DNA of 64,000 bases. Source: Paraspadella gotoi (taxonomy: Eukaryota; Animalia; Chaetognatha). The DNA lies in contig CM119267.1 in the NCBI GenBank assembly GCA_051294375.1, forward strand, positions 23,313,486-23,377,485, read 5' to 3'. A model generated the notes under the pieces. That model was not told the DNA's origin. It did not search any database and saw only the letters and a list, made by a program, of their open reading frames with translations. This document shows, piece by piece, positions 38,216-48,790 of this stretch; the stretch's first letter is position 1; each line of letters opens with the position of its first letter. The position numbers were made by a program, and so were the translations under genes.

Positions 38216-38655
38216 ACTTTGAAGGAGATCAAACTGTTTCTTCTTTGTTTGGTTCGTCTTTGCACGAGCATATTTTCTCGGTTTGAAGGTTGTAGATCGG
38301 CAGGGCATATTTGCGTTTTGATTTTTTGTTTTGTAAATACACCAATGAGGGTTGCCTATTGCCCAATATTATATTATAAGGCTTTACCCGAATTAAATGG
38401 TTGTTAGTTTCTAAAATTAGTGGGGGGCTCCCTTAAATCGCAGCTAAGATGAGGTGATTTATCCCACCCTCTCTCCTCTTTCTCTTCATAACATCCGCGT
38501 CGTTCTCCCCGACTGGTTGCTGGTCAACCTCCGTTGATTCGCTATTTTTTTCCAGATGTGAAAATAATATTCGGAATTGTGATTTTCTTCTTTCTTTTCT
38601 TCAACGGAAGGATAAAAGAAATAAAGAAAAAAAGTCAGCGTCACGCGATTCTTTT

Positions 38656-39087
38656 ATGTCGATCGCGGATCCGTCGAGTCGGAAACATGACGTCGACGAA
38701 CGCGACGATCGGCGCGACGATCGCCGCACCGTCGTCTACGGGCTCATAGATTTAGGGAAGAAGTCGGACCGGGAGATCGAGGTCTTGCTTCAACATTTTA
38801 ACTTCCGTGTTCACTTATTATATTTTAAGATGAAGATTTTCATTGTTCCTTTCTTTTCCATTTCCAAGGAGCTTTTGAAGATGGCGCAATCGCTAAAGCT
38901 CCACCGGATGTTCCGAACCTGTCACGAAATTTTAACGCAGCGGCGGTTGACGCATCCGACTTTGTCGTCGCCGCCGCCGCCGCCGCCGACGACGATGGCG
39001 CCGCAGTCAAAAAGGCGCTCCGTGCTCTTCGCCGGAGAGCGGAGTTCCGGATCGGGCACGCTCAAAGTCGGCGATATCGGTTTTTAA
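38656..39087 (+). CDS. Small orphan protein, probable intron 38782-38868
   Basis: Exon-like codon usage interrupted by an AT-rich GT..AG segment. The spliced product reads ...DREIEELLKMAQSLKLHRMFRTCHEILTQRR...; no confident family. Confidence 0.5.
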   Translation: MSIADPSSRKHDVDERDDRRDDRRTVVYGLIDLGKKSDREIEVLLQHFNFRVHLLYFKMKIFIVPFFSISKELLKMAQSLKLHRMFRTCHEILTQRRLTHPTLSSPPPPPPTTMAPQSKRRSVLFAGERSSGSGTLKVGDIGF

Positions 39088-39765
39088 GGCTCCTACGATT
39101 CGATTAACCGCCCGTCGAGTTTTGTTTTTTTGTTCCTGTGATGCTTACATATCAATTATTTATACAATATTTCGAACATATTACATATAGTCGCTATATA
39201 AAATCAAAATGTTATATATTTCCCACGTGCTTCATCTTTAATCGTCTCTTGTTATTTTCGATTTGAGAATGATCTTGTGGTACAAGTTGTACAATACTAT
39301 GTATGATTTTGCGTCCGTTTGAACAACGGAGTCATCAAAGTTCGAATCTCGCCTTTTTGTATAACATTCTCGAATGTTTACATAGTTCTATAATTTTGAT
39401 CTCATGACATATCAATATATATGACTACATAGATCGAGCTCTCGTTAAGTTTAAAATCTAGCTTTTCCGTTGATTTTATATTTTTGAACTTGGCATGTTG
39501 GACATTTCATAATATTAAAGTAGATATTAGTTAAATTTGTTGAAACATTTATTAGTAAAAAAAGTGAACAAAAAAGCGTCGAGATTCACATTGACACAAA
39601 TAATGTAACCTCCCGTTAGATTTTAAATCCTAATTAACTTAATCGTTTGTTCTACTAACTCGTTGATATTTATTTTCTCATAGTGGTAAAAATAACGCCT
39701 GGTACTATAGCCATTAGCCGTCTGGAACTAAAAAAAAAATAAAAACTACACTATAGATTATAGAA

Positions 39766-40618
39766 ATGGCTAAGCGCGGAATCACATACGTTAAAGGAGA
39801 AGAGCCAGCGTTTTTGAAACGATTCAAAGAGAAGGTGCGCAACTTTAACCTACTATGTCATATATTCATTAAATGCGTTAACATTCCAGGTTTACACATT
39901 ATTTTCTTTTCTCTATCATAGGCGGGCTTCGTGGAGGGTCCAGGGGTAAACGAGAAATTCAAGCGAGACGAGGCCAAATCCTCTGGTCCTGATGAGAATG
40001 AGGAAATCAAGGACGACGAACAACCCATGGTGTGTGTTGGGCTCATTTGGGAATGTAAAAGGGGAGTGGAAACTGGAAGTAGTAGTACGTGTAATGGATC
40101 CTTTCTAAATTTGAACATTTGTTTCCAGGTGGTCCGCCTTAAGGACGAGCACCTGACCCAGGCCGAAGCCGAAAAGGAGTGGCAGCGAGCCAAGACGGAG
40201 GGAGAGCTTCGTCTGAGGGACGAAGAGGGCGTCGGGCGAGGGCCTCCGGTCGACGCCGTCGGAAAGATCCGGTTTAGAAAACCGAAGGTGAGTTAGAAAA
40301 AAGATAAGGGTAGAAAAGGAGGTAAAATTTGTGGGAAAAAAAAGGGGGAAAAAAAAATGAGTTGAAGGCCGGATTTTTCGCGCTAAATTTAACTAGAATT
40401 TTACCGATGTTCTTTTTTTTTCCTTTGCCTTTCCGCAGGAAAAAACGGAGAACGACAAAGACGAGAAAAAACAAAAGACAGACGAGACGGAAAAGCGTGA
40501 GAAACGAGACAAAACCGTTAAAAAGGAGAGAAGAGAAAAGAAAAGAGACGTGAAAGCTGTGAAAGATTCCAAACTCTTGTCGTTTGGCGACGAGGATGAA
40601 GAAGAGGAGGAAACGTGA
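39766..40618 (+). CDS. KIAA1143: KIAA1143 homologue (DUF4604), 4 exons
   Basis: MAKRGITYVKGEEPAFLKRFKEKAGFVEGP, DDEQPMVVRLK..HLT..E, GKIRFRKP and the C-terminal KLLSFGDEDEEE. Confidence 0.92.
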
Positions 40619-40796
40619 CCATCGTTGTTTATTTTGTTAGTTTTTATTGGTTTTTAATTGTTTTATATTTTATTTTCTCTTCGGTATCACGCCTTGCCAT
40701 TTCCCTTGTCCAATGTCCATTTGGAGTTTTATTTTACTTCAATAAAAAAAAACAACTAAAACCAAAAACAACCAACGAATCCTATCGAATCTTGAG

Positions 40797-41171
40797 ATGA
40801 CGAGCCAGACAATGAACGAGTACAGTGAGGGAGATCACGTGATTGTTACAGCTAGTCATGATCGCTGTCTCGTCGGCCGAATATTTCGACTCTACACTCG
40901 ACGGCGCCGTCGAGAAGCTGAGATGCGTTGGTACTGGTTCGGTTCATGGTTTCCCGCCGTAACCTGGTTACATCCGGCCGAGATAATCCGGGACATGTCG
41001 AACAGATTAGATCCGGCGGTGGACCTGTCAAAAATATCCGGAAAGTGCACGGTTCTTTTCTTGCATCCGCACGAGAGCGCTGACGGGAATAGCGTCAGGT
41101 TGGAAGTTTTTTTTGTTCAGACGTTTGATCTCACGTTGACGAGTTTAACCAATTTCGATAAAGGGGTTTAA
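40797..41171 (+). CDS. Stand-alone BAH-domain protein (124 aa)
   Basis: YSEGDHVIV..LVGRIFRLY..AEMRWYW..HPAEI..VDLSKISGKCTVL..FFVQTFD follows the BAH strand pattern (GD.V, G.I..L, .RWY, EI, I.GKC.V, F....D). Confidence 0.7.
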   Translation: MTSQTMNEYSEGDHVIVTASHDRCLVGRIFRLYTRRRRREAEMRWYWFGSWFPAVTWLHPAEIIRDMSNRLDPAVDLSKISGKCTVLFLHPHESADGNSVRLEVFFVQTFDLTLTSLTNFDKGV

Positions 41172-41300
41172 TAGGCATATTAAATTGGAATTTCTTTGAA
41201 AGCGCGGGAAAATATATTTTTAGGAATTAATAACCTTCTCCCGCTTATTATCTTTTCTTGTCCCTCACCCGCTACCGGTTAACCAAGTCATCTGACTCAA

Positions 41301-42378
41301 ATGGCCTCGCAACGCCTCTACCTACCCGAACGCGCCGTCATTCGTCCCGTCTATATTTGCCGCTTCGAGTTTTCCGCCCAAGAGCAGTTTCGTCCGGTCA
41401 TTCGTCCGTCGTTATACGAAAAAGCCGACGAACATGGCCCGTCACCGCCGTCGTCACGGTCGAGTCGGCATTCGTCAAATCCTTCGCCGATACGTTCGAC
41501 CGACAGACTCTCCTCGAAGCGGCTCTCCCTCGCCGCCATCGCCGCCCGCTCTCAAGCGCCCCGTCGACCGGTCGAGCGATCTTCTTCCTTCGACAGCGAC
41601 GAGGGGGATTCTTCCTCGTCCGCGGAGGACGAGATTCGCCCCACGTCGGCAAAGTATTCTTATCCAATCGCCGGAGAAAACGGTTACTACGAAGAAAGTG
41701 ACGTTCAGAGCGACAAAGAAAAGGTCGAAAAATCCGGCAGGACGAGCGCCATTCCTACCATTCTCTGCGGAAAGGTGGTTTGGTGGGAAAGTTTGTTTTT
41801 TACCATTTTCGCCGAGGGTTTTGAGAATCACTCAATGGGGGAAACGACACAGACATGAGGGAACTGAATGATAAAAATATTCATTAACATTTTTATTGGT
41901 TCCTCCATAAAATCCCAATTGCGTTTTTTTATTCCCAAAAAACTTACTTAATCTCAGACACGAGCGATCCAAAACGCGAATTGAGACGTTGATTAAAAAC
42001 GTTTTCTCTCATCCCTACGGACGAAAAAAAAACTTGGCAATCCATCAGCGTCTTCTAACCGTCCCATTTTTTTTTCACACCTTCCACTTTCCTCAAATCC
42101 ACCACCAATCCACCATCCCAATTGGCTAGATCGACGAAAAGCGAGACTTTCGAAATCCGTATTCCGATCCGGAATCCGTGGACCCGCGGGAGGTGGACAG
42201 CGACGCGGACAAATGCGACCGGAAGTCGCGGATCCTCAAGGGTAAGTTACTCTCGCAGGAGAACCGGTCCAGACTGAGTCAGTTCGAGAAGGAAAGACCC
42301 GAGCGAGTCATGCGGGCGAGAAAGGAAAGGGATGAGATGGAATATCGACTCAAGATGAAGAGGAGGGAAGCGGACGAG
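41301..42378 (+). CDS. Orphan Ser/Arg-rich protein (probable exons 41301-41723, 42130-42378; 3' end uncertain)
   Basis: Exon-like composition; donors aag|gtcg and gag|gtgagg; the acceptor ggctag keeps the frame. No family recognised. Confidence 0.45.
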
Positions 42379-42600
42379 GTGAGGAAGGGGGGGAGGTGGG
42401 GGGAAAGGTGAGGATTTAAGAAACGAGGATGTGAAGAGGAAGTTGGGAAGGAAAAGCTTTTTATTGTAGAAATCAGATTAGTGGAGTATTTGGCGGTAAA
42501 ATCGATCGTATTTAAATATTTGTTTAGTAAATTGAAAAAGGAAAAAGATCTCTTGTTTTAACCAAGAAATTAGGATTATTTTGATAATCATAATCGTATT

Positions 42601-44355
42601 TTTTTATCGTCGCAATCGCTTAGCGTTTGCGACGATATTGTAACGCTTTTGCGCATAAGTGGCGTCGTCGTCGTCGTCGTCAACGGCGTTCCAAATTATA
42701 GATCGCCTTTTTTATGATTAAATTTGGGTGTATGAAGCTGAAAATTTATAAACAGCTTCTCATCATCGATGTGCTTAAAATTGAGTCTGGACAGTAGAAA
42801 CATTTGAATCCAACAAAGTTTTAATTAGATAACCAGTCTGGGTGTCATTCTGTTCATTTTTCCAAGCTCTTTTTAACTAAAAAAGTTTCATTTAAAAAAA
42901 ACTTTTTCGCCCGAGCCAGGGGTGTTGAAGAGACAAAATATGGAAATTCACAATTTTTTAGTATTTTTTAGCTTTTTCCAGTTAATTTTTTTAATATAAT
43001 AATCTTTAATCAAGTTAATTACTTCTGATAATGATTTTAATTTATCCTATTTAACTGTTTTTAAAACATACATTAAAAAAATATTAGTTTTTAGCTTAAG
43101 CCAAGGGTGTTGAAGAGCTAAAATGTCTAAATATTTTTTTAAAATATTTATAAATTATAATTTATTTTTTTTTAAAGATAACTTATATTAATCATGGTAA
43201 TGAAAATATTTGATATCTTTAAATGCTTTTAGGCGATTTACCACAGCTTTAATTTAATCAATTAATTTAATAATGTTTTTTAAAACTGAAAACCCCAAAA
43301 ACTTCTATGATTCAAAGCAAATAATTTTAATTTTTAATGTAATTGTTACAAGATAAAATTATTTAAATAATATTCGGATATTATTATAAAAAAAAGTTTG
43401 TTTACTTTATACTATATAAATATAATTTTATTTAACAAATAATTTAAAAAATGATATCTGCATATAAATTTTGTACGGATAAGAGTAATAGTTTGGTTTA
43501 ACTCTATATACAAATATTTTGTTATTAAATAAACAATTATTTTTTAATATACAATAATTTTTTAAAAAATAATTAATTGCTTTTTACTTTTTTCATTTAA
43601 TAATTGTTTAACAAAGAAGTTTTGTTTTTCTCACTAAATCTAAAAACACAAGAAAAAGAAAGTTATGATTTATAAAAGATTCATTAAAAATAACAACCTC
43701 TTATAATCCGATTCATATATACTATTTTACTATATAATAATATTGTTAATTAATTTACTTGATTAGCAAATTATTAATAAGTTTAAATTATAAACATTGT
43801 GTTGAACTTGTTTATTGCATTTTTAGATTTCGAAAAAAATTTTTATGTTAACAAAAAAATTTAATGAATTTGTTAATAATTTGATTTTTATCTTTTTCTC
43901 TCTTTTCTCCTGCTGCTTCTGCTGCTGCCTTTTGATTTCTTTCTTTTTTCTGACTGCCTCTGCTGCTGCCGCTGCTGATTCGTCCGAAAACGATTTGGCT
44001 TTCTCTCTCTCTCTCTCTCTGTTTATTTGACAATGAAATTTTTTTTTTCTTTTTTTTTTTTTCTCAGGGGCTGCGTCTGCTGATCAGTTTATTTGACAAT
44101 GAACTCTTTCCTATTCTATTTTCTCTTTTCTATTCTTTCTTTCCTTTCTATTCTTTCTTTTCTTTCTATTCTTTCTTTTCTTTCTTTCTTTTCTTTTCTT
44201 TCTATTCTTTATTTATATTTATTCTTTTCTTCTTTTTCTTTCTGTTTATAAATTAATTTTCTTTTCTCAAATTTGATTTTTTTTAGTATCAAAATTTGTC
44301 GTCAATCCATATTTTCCTTATGCGATTGCGACGATCCTTATGCTTTTAAAAATTT
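42601..44355 (+). mobile_element. Helentron-associated non-autonomous element (HINE/DINE-1-like)
   Basis: 5' end ttttt-atcgtcgcaatcgc with an internal inverted copy ttgcgacgat, followed by a (cgt)n microsatellite. The 3' subterminal inverse gcgattgcgacgat is at 44322-44335. The same 3' end (cgacgatccttatgcttttaaaaatt) recurs at about 21597-21622. Confidence 0.65.
42840..43125 (+). mobile_element. Terminal fragment of a DNA transposon related to the hAT element at 24031
   Basis: gtgtcattctgttc...tcgcccgagccaggggtgttgaag parallels gtgtcattctgttc...tcgcctctcccagggcgtcaaag at 24078-24170. Confidence 0.45.
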
Positions 44356-44487
44356 TTTTTATAATTTTCCCCGGTCCATCTCGATTATTTGGCAATCCTC
44401 TTTCAATCCAAAAAAAAAAAAAAAAAGAAGAGAAACTATTCTCCCGAAGATGTCAGCCCTTCGTCACAACCTCAAGCCAAGAAAGCA

Positions 44488-45360
44488 ATGAACCGTTCCC
44501 GCCCTCACAAGGAATTCCTGCTCGAAGTCTACGAGGATCCCCGCGAGGAGCGATCCAATTGGGTCTTTCGAGTTTCCACCCGTCGTCGCGTCTCTTCTAC
44601 GTCGTCCAAGTCGTCGTCGTCATCGTCACGCAGGGAAAGTCGTCATTATTCGTCTTCTTCGTCGGTCCAATCGCCGCGCTCGTCTTTGTCGTCCGACTCG
44701 TATACCGTTGACAAACGCGCGTGTCGCACTCGCGGCGCTCGGTCCGCCTACGTCCCTCGGTTTAGTTGCCGCAACTATTTCCTCTCGCGGGGCAGAACTT
44801 CGTTGCCCGCGAGGAAATTCAGGGGTCGGGGAAGGGGAGATAGGTGGGGAGGAGGTGGAGATAGTGGAGGTAGAGATGGTTGTGGTGGAGGTAGAGATAG
44901 AGATAGGGATGGAAGAGGAAGAGATGACGACGGAAGAAGAGACAGAGAGGGAGAGTCGTGGCGTGGAGGAGATCGGTGGCGCGGAGGACATGGCGGAGAT
45001 AGAAATTGGGAAAATCATCGGATGAACAGGGATAATGGGGATTGGTGGGGGCGGGGAAACGGTGGCTACGATTACTGGCAAAATGGCGAAGAAAACTGGG
45101 GCAACGATGGCGGAGACGACTGGGGCGGGGGCGCCGGCTGGACGAGTCGAGGTAACGATCGTGGTGGTCGCGGAAGGGGTCGCGGAGATTGGCGCGGTAA
45201 AAGTGGACGCGGGTTCCCCCCTTGGTTTCGTGGGCGAGGGTGGCGGCGTGGACCGACCAAGAGTCGACTCTATAAATGTGCTGACGGTTCTTACAAGATA
45301 CTCAACGCGCAAAATCGTGTCTACAATTGGAAGGGCGAGTCGCTGAATCAAGAGATGTAA
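44488..45360 (+). CDS. Orphan Ser-rich/RGG-rich protein A
   Basis: Open frame with the FLLEVYEDP motif, poly-Ser and RGG/WGG/DWRG repeats. The start could lie further upstream. Confidence 0.7.
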   Translation: MNRSRPHKEFLLEVYEDPREERSNWVFRVSTRRRVSSTSSKSSSSSSRRESRHYSSSSSVQSPRSSLSSDSYTVDKRACRTRGARSAYVPRFSCRNYFLSRGRTSLPARKFRGRGRGDRWGGGGDSGGRDGCGGGRDRDRDGRGRDDDGRRDREGESWRGGDRWRGGHGGDRNWENHRMNRDNGDWWGRGNGGYDYWQNGEENWGNDGGDDWGGGAGWTSRGNDRGGRGRGRGDWRGKSGRGFPPWFRGRGWRRGPTKSRLYKCADGSYKILNAQNRVYNWKGESLNQEM

Positions 45361-45686
45361 CGCGCGAATCTCCTCGTGATCTTGATCCTTGAATATTTAT
45401 TGAAAACTTTTCACCCGGAAACGAAGGACTAACGTTGAACAAATTAATCAATTTCATAGTCCTAGTGATTCCTTTTTACATTTATATTATTCATACTTCC
45501 TGTTTGTATGATGAGCTGAGATAGTACAAATTATATTAGGTATAAGATGATGACTTAATTATAAAAGCTTTTTACAGTTAGCGCAAGTAAAGACATTGTA
45601 GTACGTACTTCCGGGAACAAAGCTCGATCATGTGAAAGGCTTATTTCAAGTTTTGTTTCCTTTAAATATTTAAAGATTTGAGAATA

Positions 45687-47597
45687 ATGGCGACACGCGG
45701 CTCATCTCCCTTCACCTCTTTCCTGAGTCGACATCCCAAGCAAAAGTCGCTGGCCAGAAATTCTCCGGCCCCTCGCCGCCCCTCTCGAGACAAATCATCT
45801 TCTTCGTCGCCCCGTCCGGGGACTTTTCAAAAAAGAAAGCGTCGGCGGAGTCTTCGAGACGGCGGCCCCAAATCTACCCAGCGTTCTGAAAGTTCCTCCG
45901 GCTCGTCCAAACGATCCCACTGTTCCGTCAAGTTCCCCGGTCGAGTCAAGTCCCCGTCGACTCGCGCGCGCCGTTCGTCGTCAACCGATTCGTCGTCTTC
46001 CATCCTACGCCGAGCCTCAATTTGCATCCCTAACCGGGTGTTGCTGACTTTGGAGGTCTACGACGATCCTTGGGACGCGTCTAAAAGGTGCGACTCATTT
46101 GATGGTTAGGAGAATGGAATTTAAAAACAACTTCTACATCAATTATTTTCTAGGAGCGACCTCATTTTTCGTGTGACTCGCCGATCCGGTCGCTCGCTGT
46201 CTCGACAACGTTCGTCGTCTCGAGGACGATCGTCTTCTCGGCGACGATCGTCTCCTCCGCTGCGATCGTCTTCTAAGCGACGATCGTCTCCTCCGCTGCG
46301 ATCGTCTTCTAAGCGACGATCGTCTCCTCCGCTGCGATCGTCTTCTAAGCGACGATCGTCTCCTCCGCTGCGATCGTCTTCTAAGCGACGATCGTCTCCT
46401 CCGCTGCGATCGTCTTCTAAGCGACGATCGTCTCCTCCGCTGCGATCGTCTTCTAAGCGACGATCGTCTCCTCCGCCACGATCGTTTTCTAAGCAACAAT
46501 CATCTCCTCCGCCGCGATCGTCTTCTCGGCGGCAATCGTCTCCTCAGCCGCGATCGTCTCCTCATCCGGGATCGTCCCCTCAGCCGCGATCGTCTTCTCA
46601 GCGGCGATCGTCTTCTAAGCGGCGAAACGAATCTCGTCGGCGATCGAGATCTACGCGTTTGCGATCGTCGTCTTCTTCTTCATCTTCGTCGTCGTCGTCG
46701 TCGTCGTCCCGACCAACGCCACCATGTCATTATTCTCATGAGAAGCGTCGGCCAGATCCCCGGATGTCGATGATGCCGCGGTTCGATAGAAGAGGAGGCG
46801 TTCCTCGGCGCGGCGCCCGCTCGATGTTTCCCGCACCGAGTTGCAGAGGGCGCGGCGGATATCGTGGATGGAGTGGAGACGGCGGGAAGTACAGAGGAAA
46901 CTTTAGAGGCGGTTGGCATGGCGAGGATCGTGGATGGCGTGGTGGAAAGGGAGATGGTTTTGGGGGTGGATGGCATGGGGGAAATGGAAACGATTTTAAA
47001 GGCGGGCGGTACAGTGAAAACTATAATTGTCGGGGCGGAAGGCACGGTGGAAAAGACGATTATCAGGGCGAATGGCACGGTGGAAACGGAGAAGCTTATC
47101 GGGGCGAATATCACCGCGGGTTCGGCGACAGGCCCCGCAGGGGATTCGGGCGCGGATTTCGAAGGGGCGGAAGATGGAAGAACATGCCCTCGTCCCCATG
47201 TAGGACTTTCGTCTTGGATGTTTACGATGATCCGCGGTCAACAGAGAACGCCTACGTCTTCCGCGTGCTGAAGGAAACGGAGAGGCCCCCGTCGCCCGAG
47301 AGGCCCGCCGTCTCCGTCGCCCGAGCGCCTTCGGCCGCGTCGGCTTGCCCGAAGGCATCGAAAAGTCGACCAGCAGGGCGGACGAGAGGGGCGATGACGG
47401 CTGCGCCTAGACTCAAGTCAACCGTCCAAACGACGAATAGCATTAAACACAAAATTCGCCGATTTGATTTGGTATCCAATTGGTTGGAAGGCGGGGGGAG
47501 TGGAGGTGGCGGGGGGAGTGGCGGCGGAAGAGGCGGCGACGGCGCCGCTGACGAAAACTGTGGGGATAGCGAAACGAAAAAGGACGGAGATGTTTAA
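45687..47597 (+). CDS. Orphan RS/SP-repeat and RGG-rich protein B (exons 45687-46087, 46154-47597)
   Basis: A phase-2 GT-AG intron joins the two ORFs and restores the shared VYDDP..FRV motif. Contains [12 protein letters not shown] repeats and an RGG region. Confidence 0.75.
46227..46514 (+). repeat. 36-bp coding tandem repeat ([12 protein letters not shown])
   Basis: cgatcgtcttctaagcgacgatcgtctcctccgctg repeated head-to-tail without spacers. Confidence 0.95.
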
Positions 47598-48359
47598 ATA
47601 TTTGAAAGTGACTTTTTTTTTACTTTATTTTTTGAAAATAAATTTTATTAGTCGTGATTTTACCGCTTGGAAAATCTCCTTTTAATATTGACTTTGTATA
47701 TATATGAAATTAGTCTTTCGTATTTTAGCCGAATAAAAGTTTAAATTTATTACGAAAAACGTGTTGGTTTTTTTTTCGATTTAATTCCATCAATTGCAAT
47801 GCAATGTGAATAACTCAATTAGATAGGTTTTTTGTAAGGGGAGGGTGGAATTACAATCAGTACAAATTTTATGTCCTACAGAACTGTCAAAAAAGAATTT
47901 ATTTTTGCTTAGGCTGCGTCCTTATTTTCTTTGAAAACTACTGGAGCAACTACGAGTGATGTCATGTTTTTTTCATTTTTTATCAAAATGATCATGTATC
48001 ATGTTTTGACTAAAAGTCAAAACCATGTCCAATTTGTCCATTAAGTGGTTTAGCCAATCCCCGAGCCTTGAGTGTGGATTCTGATCGCCCACGAATTATG
48101 TTTAGGGTAGAATTCGAAATGCCTCTGCCCGCCGGCAGATTAGGGGCGGGCGACGCCGGCCACGCGGGCGGTGATCGTGAGATGACGTGGGTTGGCCGAG
48201 TTATGCCGCGAAAAAATCCCCTCGCTTATATCTCCCCTCCCGATCTTTTTTTTCCTTTATCGAGAGAGAGAGAGAGAGAGAGACAGGGATAGAGAAAAAG
48301 CGAGAGAGAGTCTTCACTTAACGAATTAAGAAAAGATCGAGATGGAGAGAAAAAGAGGG

Positions 48360-48790
48360 GAGCATTGAAGGAAAAAGAGGAAAACGTAGAAAGGGGAAGG
48401 AAGAGAACGAGGGAAGAACATCGAGGGAGGAAAAGGGGAAGGAAGGATGAGAGAGGAAAGAACATCGAGGGAGGAAAAGAAAAGAGGAAGGAAGAAAGAG
48501 AGCAAGGAAAGAACATTGAGGGAGGAAAAAAAGAGGGGAAGGAAGGAAGAGAGCAAGGGAAGAACATTGAGGGAGGAAAAGAAGAGGGGAAGGAAGGAAG
48601 AGAGCAAGGAAAGAACATCGAGGAAGGAAAAGAAAAGGGGGAAGGAAGAAAGAGAGGAAAAAACATTGAGGGAGGAAAGGAAAAGGGGGTAGGAAGGAAG
48701 AGAGCGAGGAAAGAACATCGAGGGAGAAAAAGAAGAGGGGAAGGAAGGAAGAGAGTGAGGAAAGAACATCGAGCGAGGAAAAGAAAAGGG
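48360..48790. repeat. Purine-rich minisatellite, unit about 60 bp (aagaacatYgagggaggaaaa...)
   Basis: aagaacatcgaggga/aacattgaggga recurs at about 60-bp spacing. Confidence 0.85.

Noticed and set aside
46227-46514. 36-bp direct repeats as a CRISPR array
   Set aside because: The units are head-to-tail with no unique spacers, in frame within a eukaryotic exon, and no cas genes are present.
2330-47479. Many long minus-strand and alternative-frame ORFs (e.g. 3877-4896, 14580-15206, 19902-20513, 34527-35730, 44626-45351)
   Set aside because: They are shadows of GC-rich or repetitive + strand exons and carry no recognisable motifs.
931-47597. Prokaryotic operon or bacterial contamination
   Set aside because: The genes are eukaryote- or metazoan-specific and carry canonical spliceosomal introns.
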